Source: a virus
DNA: 64,000 nt
IMG/VR virus record: IMGVR_UViG_3300046804_000816
Coordinates: 12,274-76,273 of that record
Direction: 5' to 3' (one strand)
The stretch's first letter is position 1. Each line of letters opens with the position of its first letter. Positions 1-5,560 of the stretch are shown piece after piece. The notes below the pieces were generated by a model, which was given only the letters and a program-made list of their open reading frames with translations, was not told the origin of the DNA and searched no databases. A program made the translations under genes and the position numbers.

Positions 1-310
1 CGGTATCGACGATATTTACTGTATCTCAGTGAATGATGCGTTTACGATGAATGCTTGGGCTAAGTCTCAAAACATTCAGAATGTCAAGTTAATCCCCGAC
101 GGAAACTGCTCATTTACGAGCAAGCTCGGTATGACTGTTTCGAAGGAAAATCTGGGATTCGGCGATCGTTCCTGGCGCTATGCTATGATCGTCAATAACG
201 GCGTCATTGAAGCGTGGTTTGAGGAGCCAGGATTTAGTCATAACTGCGACACTGATCCATACGGAGAGACGTCTCCAGAAAACGTCTTGGAGTGGCTTGA
301 CAGAAACTAA
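1..310 (+). CDS. Peroxiredoxin (Prx5-type), 5'-truncated by window edge
   Basis: C.SVNDAFTMNAW...IPDGN..FT..LGM...GFGDRSWRYAMIVNNGVIE motif typical of PrxV redoxins; frame open to window start. Confidence 0.85.
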   Translation, partial: GIDDIYCISVNDAFTMNAWAKSQNIQNVKLIPDGNCSFTSKLGMTVSKENLGFGDRSWRYAMIVNNGVIEAWFEEPGFSHNCDTDPYGETSPENVLEWLDRN

Positions 311-318
311 TTCAAATC

Positions 319-393
319 GCGGCGGTAACTCAGTGGTAGAGTCACAGTCTTCCAAACTGTTGGTCGCGGGTTCGATTCCCGCTCGCCGCTCCA
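319..393 (+). tRNA. tRNA-Gly(TCC)
   Basis: Cloverleaf, anticodon stem ACAGT/ACTGT around TCC, TTCGATT T-loop, encoded CCA. Confidence 0.95.
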
Positions 394-413
394 AATATCG
401 CGAAGGACTAAAT

Positions 414-497
414 ATGTTATTCGCGATAGGCTTCCTTCTTTGGATGCCATTGACTGTAGGACTCGTCCTATTTCTATATAATGTTATCATCAATTAA
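414..497 (+). CDS. Small single-TM membrane protein (27 aa)
   Basis: GAAGGA SD, ATG at 414, hydrophobic MLFAIGFLLWMPLTVGLVLFLYNVIIN. Confidence 0.5.
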   Translation: MLFAIGFLLWMPLTVGLVLFLYNVIIN

Positions 498-506
498 GGA
501 GAACAT

Positions 507-1022
507 ATGAGAAATACACTCGCTGCACTCGCAGTGGTTCTTGGTGCGACTAGCGCCGTAGCCGCTGACCTTCCAGGAAAGAGTGCTCCCGCTGCACCAG
601 CGCCTATCTTTACTTCAAAGGCATACTATGCCGGAGTGAATGCTGGTGGAGTTGTCACTGATGGAATCAATACGGATGCACCTTGGACCTTTGGCGTTGT
701 TGGTGGCTACAATGTCATCAGCCTCGGACCTATTGGTGTAGCCGCTGAAGGTACCTATGACTATAAGAAGGGCGGAACGAACGACGTGGCTGGCAATGTA
801 GTCAGCGGATATAAGTTCGGCTCGTTCACACCATACGCTCTCGTTGGTGTCGGCTATCGTTGGGCTGATGTCAAGAACGAAGCAATCTGGAACGTCGGTG
901 GCGGTCTGAAGTTCTCGCTGACTTCATCGCTCGATCTCGACGCTCGCTATCGTCGTGTTGATAACTTCGACCGTAAGGCTGGCGAAGATCGCGCAACGGT
1001 TGGTGTGAACTACAAGTTCTGA
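507..1022 (+). CDS. Outer-membrane beta-barrel protein, Omp25/RopB-like
   Basis: Signal peptide, ADLP.K.APA motif of rhizobial OMPs, amphipathic strands, C-terminal VGVNYKF BAM signal. Confidence 0.85.
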   Translation: MRNTLAALAVVLGATSAVAADLPGKSAPAAPAPIFTSKAYYAGVNAGGVVTDGINTDAPWTFGVVGGYNVISLGPIGVAAEGTYDYKKGGTNDVAGNVVSGYKFGSFTPYALVGVGYRWADVKNEAIWNVGGGLKFSLTSSLDLDARYRRVDNFDRKAGEDRATVGVNYKF

Positions 1023-1028
1023 TGGTTG

Positions 1029-1060
1029 GAGTCGCGTATATAATCGCGGCTCTTTTATTT
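1029..1060 (+). terminator. Intrinsic terminator after omp
   Basis: GAGTCGCG/CGCGGCTC stem followed by T-rich tract. Confidence 0.7.
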
Positions 1061-1062
1061 CT

Positions 1063-1112
1063 AGCGACTGGGTCAATGCTCTGGTGGGCGTTTGGCCCAG
1101 TCGTTTTTCTTT
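1063..1112 (+). terminator. Second long hairpin terminator
   Basis: GCGACTGGGTCAA/TTGGCCCAGTCGT stem followed by TTTTCTTT. Confidence 0.6.
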
Positions 1113-1220
1113 ATGGGATGCCACTATGCGGCTAGATTATAAAACGGCTAATCTTAGGTCCTAAAACTAGCCGGTTTGAAACGTAACAAAATCTGTTACG
1201 ATCGTAACGAAAATAAGGCC

Positions 1221-1249
1221 TTGACAATCCCACCCCAACCCTATACATT
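1221..1249 (+). promoter_or_regulatory. Early sigma70 promoter
   Basis: TTGACA-17 nt-TACATT. Confidence 0.75.
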
Positions 1250-1318
1250 TAGGACTATAGGGGATCCGCCCCTATAGCGTAGCTTTAGCTTATAGTTAAG
1301 CCGTAGCTTATAGCTTAG

Positions 1319-1333
1319 TTAAAGCCCGCTTAA
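1319..1333. promoter_or_regulatory. CtrA-type box TTAA-N7-TTAA
   Basis: TTAA AGCCCGC TTAA in leader of early transcript; TTAACCAT half-site at 1497-1504. Confidence 0.45.
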
Positions 1334-1353
1334 TCGTAACCGTAGGGGTTAAC

Positions 1354-1500
1354 ATGACCTTAGCTTATATTTACGCCACCTTCCAAGGTCTAGCTTCAGT
1401 AACCGACAAAATCGCGTACCTTCGTGAGCTTGAGCGTATGGGTTTGCCGTACGACCTTAACTATAGCCGCTTAATCGCTGCTTGGGAAGCTCAGGCTTAA
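1354..1500 (+). CDS. Small early protein (48 aa), not in ORF track
   Basis: AGGGG SD, MTLAYIYATFQGLASVTDKIAYLRELERMGLPYDLNYSRLIAAWEAQA, between two promoters. Confidence 0.7.
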   Translation: MTLAYIYATFQGLASVTDKIAYLRELERMGLPYDLNYSRLIAAWEAQA

Positions 1501-1525
1501 CCATAAAATAATTCGATTAGGGGCC

Positions 1526-1554
1526 TTGACAATCAGCCCCTAATCGCGTACAAT
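1526..1554 (+). promoter_or_regulatory. Early sigma70 promoter with -35 inside an 11-bp inverted repeat
   Basis: TTGACA-17-TACAAT; CGATTAGGGGC (1514-1524) / GCCCCTAATCG (1536-1546). Confidence 0.85.
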
Positions 1555-1583
1555 AAGAATATAGGGTGAATTGAGAGGATTCC

Positions 1584-1688
1584 ATGAGTACCAGTGATAT
1601 CGCCATTCTTATAGCTCCGCTCGCGTTCCTTTGGATCGTGATGATCGTGGGCTTCACTGTAGCTCATATTCTCGATAATCGCCCTTGA
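1584..1688 (+). CDS. Small single-TM early protein (34 aa), not in ORF track
   Basis: GAGAGG SD; MSTSDIAILIAPLAFLWIVMIVGFTVAHILDNRP; own promoter. Confidence 0.65.
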   Translation: MSTSDIAILIAPLAFLWIVMIVGFTVAHILDNRP

Positions 1689-1713
1689 CAACCGCGGGGC
1701 GACCCGCTAGAAT
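1685..1713 (+). promoter_or_regulatory. Early sigma70 promoter
   Basis: TTGACA-17-TAGAAT. Confidence 0.85.
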
Positions 1714-1746
1714 CAATAATGTGACCACCAACGAAAGGTTTATACT

Positions 1747-2310
1747 ATGAAAGCCCAGTATGTCATCGATCTTCTCAAGAATAACAAGAATCGCTTCACC
1801 GCGAAGCAGCTTGAGTCTGCTACCGGTACGCCCCGCCGCGCTCGTCGCGCGCTGTTCCTTGCCCGCAAGGCTGGCGTAGTCCTCGAAGCGATCCGCGACG
1901 GCGGCAAGGCCGTTATCGCGTACCAGCTCCAGGGTGCGATCTCGCAGAGCGCGCTCGCCGCTGCTACCGCCGCTCCAGCCCGTAAGGCTTCCAAGGCCAA
2001 GACTCCCAAGGCTGCGGCTAAGGCTAAGAAGGTTATCAGCAAAGAAGTCGCCGCGATCGTTGCTAAGAACAAGGCTCCGTCCAAGTCGACTGAAGAAGTC
2101 GACGCGGTCAAGGCCAAGAATCTGGCTACGATGAAGGAAGTGACCAAGCGCGAGAAGACGGCCCTTGACAAGATCAAGGAAGATACCCGCGCAGAATTCG
2201 ATGCGCTCGAGGCGGAGTGGGAAGCGGAAGAAGCCGCTCGGGCTGAACAGCTCGCCGCTCGCGTTGCGGTCGCTGAGAATCTTCCCCGCGCGAACGTTCT
2301 CGCTGACTGA
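1747..2310 (+). CDS. Early putative DNA-binding protein with Lys/Ala-rich histone H1-like linker
   Basis: Basic N-domain, PARKASKAKTPKAAAKAKK tract, acidic C-terminal helix. Confidence 0.6.
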   Translation: MKAQYVIDLLKNNKNRFTAKQLESATGTPRRARRALFLARKAGVVLEAIRDGGKAVIAYQLQGAISQSALAAATAAPARKASKAKTPKAAAKAKKVISKEVAAIVAKNKAPSKSTEEVDAVKAKNLATMKEVTKREKTALDKIKEDTRAEFDALEAEWEAEEAARAEQLAARVAVAENLPRANVLAD

Positions 2311-2336
2311 TTCTTAGCTTAACAGTACCACGGGCC

Positions 2337-2365
2337 TTGACAATCCAGTCATCCCGTGGTATCAT
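2337..2365 (+). promoter_or_regulatory. Early sigma70 promoter flanked by inverted repeat
   Basis: TTGACA-17-TATCAT; TACCACGGG (2326-2334) / CCCGTGGTA (2353-2361). Confidence 0.85.
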
Positions 2366-2389
2366 TAAGCCAAGATGAAAGGTTTCGCT

Positions 2390-3031
2390 ATGATCAAGTT
2401 GTCCAAGGCTTCCAAGATGCCGGCTAAGTCCTGGTCGCTCCAGGCCCGTGCTACCTGCCCTGGTTCTATCGACAAGGCTACCAAGTTGCCCGTTGCTGTT
2501 TGCGCCGGTTGTTATGCGAACGAAGGCTTCTATATGATGCCCGACGCGATCAAAGTCCGCGAGCACAATCGCGAAGACTGGAAGCGAGCAGAATGGGTCG
2601 ATGATATGGTCAAAGAGTTGAAGCGGCAGAAGTTCTTCCGCTGGTTTGATTCTGGCGACGTATATCACCCCGCGCTCGCGTTCAAGATCTTTTTGGTTAT
2701 GCAGAAGACGTCGCATGTCAAGCATTGGCTTCCTACCAAGTCTTACAAGGTACCGCGTATCCGCGCGATCCTGGAGCGTATGAAGACTCTTGACAATGTG
2801 TCCGTCCGCTATTCGTCAGATTCTATGACTGGCGAGTTCGAGGCGGATCACGGCTCGACGGTTATCCCGTTCGCTGATAGCGAGACGAGCGCGACTAAGG
2901 TTTGCGATGCGTATGAGCGCTCTGGCAAATGTGGCGACTGCCGCGCCTGCTGGAACAAGGAAGTCGCTGTTGTTGCGTATCCGGCCCACGGTCGTCGTAT
3001 GGGTCGTATGGTGAAGGACTTGGCTGCATGA
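2390..3031 (+). CDS. GP88-family (radical-SAM-like, Cys-rich) protein
   Basis: TCPG...VCAGCYA, FRWFDSGD, HWLPT, C-terminal CGDCRACW; SD supports ATG 2390. Confidence 0.75.
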   Translation: MIKLSKASKMPAKSWSLQARATCPGSIDKATKLPVAVCAGCYANEGFYMMPDAIKVREHNREDWKRAEWVDDMVKELKRQKFFRWFDSGDVYHPALAFKIFLVMQKTSHVKHWLPTKSYKVPRIRAILERMKTLDNVSVRYSSDSMTGEFEADHGSTVIPFADSETSATKVCDAYERSGKCGDCRACWNKEVAVVAYPAHGRRMGRMVKDLAA

Positions 3032-3153
3032 GAAAGAATCATATAGCGAAGGATCTTCGCACACCTAAATATCGTATGCGCGTCGTGCGATCTCGCAAGG
3101 CGTACAAAAGAAAAGGTCGCGTAGCTCAGCTGGATAGAGCATCAGACTTCTAA
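3028..3153 (+). CDS. Small basic ArfA-like protein, running into tRNA-Arg
   Basis: ATGA overlap with upstream stop, GAAGGA SD; MRKNHIAKDLRTPKYRMRVVRSRKAYKRKG resembles ArfA core N.I...L..P.FR.RV...K..Y.RKG. Confidence 0.55.
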   Translation: MRKNHIAKDLRTPKYRMRVVRSRKAYKRKGRVAQLDRASDF

Positions 3154-3191
3154 TCTGAGGGTCGATGGTTCGAATCCATCCGCGATCGCCA
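3115..3191 (+). tRNA. tRNA-Arg(TCT)
   Basis: Cloverleaf, TCAGA-CT-TCT-AA-TCTGA, CCA. Confidence 0.95.
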
Positions 3192-3204
3192 TTAGGAGAG
3201 TAAC

Positions 3205-3495
3205 ATGAAAGTCGTAGCATTAGCCGCCGTCGCCATGATTGCATTGACTTCCACCGCAGAAGCGCAGTATCGTCGCGATCATCGCCATGGCTACCGCGCG
3301 CCAGCGCCGCACTATCATGTCGCGCCTCGCCGCAACAACTGGGTGCCATACGCCGTCGGTGGACTTGCGCTCGGCGCTCTTGGTGCTGGTGCATACTATT
3401 ACAATCGTCAGCCCGTATGTTGGGATGAACCAGTTTACAACTACGACAGATACAATCGCCCTCGCTTGATGGGATACGAAAGAATCTGCCAATAA
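3205..3495 (+). CDS. Small secreted protein (BA14K-like rhizobial type)
   Basis: Signal peptide ending AEA, Arg/His/Tyr-rich segment, GGLALGALGAG glycine zipper, terminal Cys pair. Confidence 0.6.
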   Translation: MKVVALAAVAMIALTSTAEAQYRRDHRHGYRAPAPHYHVAPRRNNWVPYAVGGLALGALGAGAYYYNRQPVCWDEPVYNYDRYNRPRLMGYERICQ

Positions 3496-3864
3496 ATGGA
3501 GATGAGTGTGACCAAGATAGTATATAATGCTTGCTACGGTGGCTTTGGTCTTTCACATAAAGCGATCCGTCGTTATGCAGAACTGGCTGGATATACGGTT
3601 CAAGAAGTCGTCTACGAAGGTATGCAGGATAGAACATATCTTGACATTATAGATAAGAACGGCGAACAAATGTGGGATAGCGATATCAAGCGCGATGATC
3701 CGTTCCTCGTTCAAGTCGTAGAAGAACTTGGCAAAGAAGCGAGCCATGATGGAGCTGATTTGCGTATCGAGGATCTTCCTTCTGGGACTAAATATCGAAT
3801 CGAAGAATACGATGGATATGAAACCATCGAAACAATAGACGATATTAGATGGAGTATAGCATGA
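3496..3864 (+). CDS. Conserved phage hypothetical protein
   Basis: N.CYGGFGLS...R.DP.LVQVVEELG...Y.IEEYDG.E motif common in phages. Confidence 0.75.
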   Translation: MEMSVTKIVYNACYGGFGLSHKAIRRYAELAGYTVQEVVYEGMQDRTYLDIIDKNGEQMWDSDIKRDDPFLVQVVEELGKEASHDGADLRIEDLPSGTKYRIEEYDGYETIETIDDIRWSIA

Positions 3865-4091
3865 AGAAGATCTTGATTGTTTCGGGAATTGGTCTTGCGT
3901 TGGCTGGATGTAGTGCAACAACGACTACGGTGTACACTCGTCCAGTTCCTGCGGTTGCGGTTCATCATCCGCTTCCATCCGCGTATCCTGGCGCGCCATA
4001 TCCGTATCGTCGGCCGCCTGTGCATTGCTATAGTACATGGGATCGCACGCCGTATGGTATGCGCGAGCGTCGTATCTGCCAACGTTGGTAG
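3861..4091 (+). CDS. Small Pro-rich lipoprotein
   Basis: MKK-hydrophobic-LAGC lipobox. Confidence 0.7.
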   Translation: MKKILIVSGIGLALAGCSATTTTVYTRPVPAVAVHHPLPSAYPGAPYPYRRPPVHCYSTWDRTPYGMRERRICQRW

Positions 4092-4100
4092 AATAAGTTT

Positions 4101-4177
4101 CCGTGTGTAGCGCAGTCTGGTAGCGCACGTGCTTTGGGAGCATGGGGTCGGGAGTTCGAATCTCTCCACACGGACCA
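4101..4177 (+). tRNA. tRNA-Pro(TGG)
   Basis: Cloverleaf with TGG anticodon, CCA. Confidence 0.95.
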
Positions 4178-4275
4178 CTAAATATCCTTCTCTTCGCCTC
4201 TCGAGAGATAGAGCCTGGAATAGGCAGGATGGGGTACTATAGTCCCAAGAGTGGCCCTTTATATGAAAGATAAAT

Positions 4276-4602
4276 ATGTTAAGAGCGTTCATCATCTCTG
4301 CGACTGTTCTGTTCGCAACTCCCGCCCTTTCTAAGGGAGAGATGAACGCGACTTGGTATCAATGCTGCAAACGAACAGCCAACGGCGAGAAGTTTGATCC
4401 TAATGGTATGACAGCCGCGCATAGAACGTATCCATTTGGTACTATGTTGCGCGTCACACACAAGGATAAGTCCGTTGTTGTTCGTATAAATGATAGAGGA
4501 CCGTTTAGAAAAGGATATCAGTTAGACTTGGCTCGAGGTGCTGCATTTGCCATTGGATGTCGTAGTTCGTGCAAAGTGAAATATGAAATTATTCCGCGAT
4601 AG
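4276..4602 (+). CDS. rlpA: RlpA-like double-psi beta-barrel lytic transglycosylase
   Basis: TANGEKFD...TAAHRT.PFGT..RVT....VVVRINDRGPF.....DL; signal peptide; stop lies inside tRNA-Asn. Confidence 0.9.
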   Translation: MLRAFIISATVLFATPALSKGEMNATWYQCCKRTANGEKFDPNGMTAAHRTYPFGTMLRVTHKDKSVVVRINDRGPFRKGYQLDLARGAAFAIGCRSSCKVKYEIIPR

Positions 4603-4668
4603 CTCAGCTGGTAGAGCAGGTGACTGTTAATCACCGGGTCCCTGGTTCGAGTCCAGGTCGCGGAGCCA
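4593..4668 (+). tRNA. tRNA-Asn(GTT)
   Basis: Cloverleaf, GTT anticodon, CCA. Confidence 0.95.
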
Positions 4669-4721
4669 TTTTTAAGTATGCGAACGACGTCTTTTTGAAA
4701 AGTATGCGTTCGACTACTTTT

Positions 4722-4796
<75 letters not shown>

Positions 4797-4800
4797 GTTT

Positions 4801-4876
4801 GGGGACATAGCTCAGTTGGGAGAGCGATTGCTTTGCAAGCAATAGGTCTGCGGTTCGATCCCGCATGTCTCCACCA
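4801..4876 (+). tRNA. tRNA-Ala(TGC)
   Basis: G3:U70 acceptor stem, TGC anticodon, CCA. Confidence 0.95.
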
Positions 4877-4878
4877 AA

Positions 4879-5070
4879 ATTGAAATGAACGTGGGGTTGC
4901 CCTTTCATTTCAATAGATGCTTTGTGGGTTTGCTGAAACGCTAGGAAACCCTCACGGTTGGTCGCGCTAAATAGACCCGACGGGAGCCACGGTTAGCTCC
5001 CACATTCACACCGCGTTGGTCGTCGCGGGATAACAAGTCTCGTTTCGGGGGTGTAAAAGCTAACGACCAA
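4879..5070 (+). ncRNA. Candidate multi-hairpin ncRNA between tRNA-Ala and tRNA-Thr
   Basis: Consecutive stems: TTGAAATGAA/TTCATTTCAA, GTGGGTTT/AAACCCTCAC, GGGAGC/GCTCCC, TTGGTCGT/ACGACCAA; no ORF. Confidence 0.45.
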
Positions 5071-5077
5071 TTTATTC

Positions 5078-5153
<76 letters not shown>

Positions 5154-5155
5154 TA

Positions 5156-5306
5156 TTCGATGAGCAGAGCAGAAGAACGGTTATAGACTCGAGATCTATA
5201 ACGAGGTCGGGATGATGGATGCCTACATATTACGGTAGGTTAATCTTATCTTAAAACCTTGGAAACCCGTGATCTGAAAAGGATAGCGCTGTCCGTCCTC
5301 ATCGAA
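5156..5306 (+). ncRNA. Candidate ~150-nt structured ncRNA between tRNA-Thr and tRNA-Cys
   Basis: 9-bp closing stem TTCGATGAG/CTCATCGAA with internal GTTATAGA/TCTATAAC, CGAGGT/ACCTTG, GCCTAC/GTAGGT stems. Confidence 0.55.
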
Positions 5307-5313
5307 CCTTATC

Positions 5314-5388
5314 GCTACCTGAGCAGGACGGTAATGCGCGGGACTGCAAATCCTTGAGAACCCAGTTCAATTCTGGGAGGTAGCTCCA
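5314..5388 (+). tRNA. tRNA-Cys(GCA)
   Basis: GCA anticodon, U73 discriminator, CCA. Confidence 0.9.
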
Positions 5389-5393
5389 AAAAT

Positions 5394-5477
5394 GCGCCTG
5401 TGGTGGAATGGCAGACACGGCAGACTTAGAATCTGTTGCCGCAGGGCGTGGGGGTTCAAGTCCCTCCAGGCGCACCA
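5394..5477 (+). tRNA. tRNA-Leu(TAG)
   Basis: Class II with variable arm, TAG anticodon, CCA. Confidence 0.95.
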
Positions 5478-5560
5478 ATACTAAATAGTACGGTATATTG
5501 TACTGACTGACTTCGCTATGATGTTGATGACTTACACTCGTCCACACATAGGAGGTCCAG

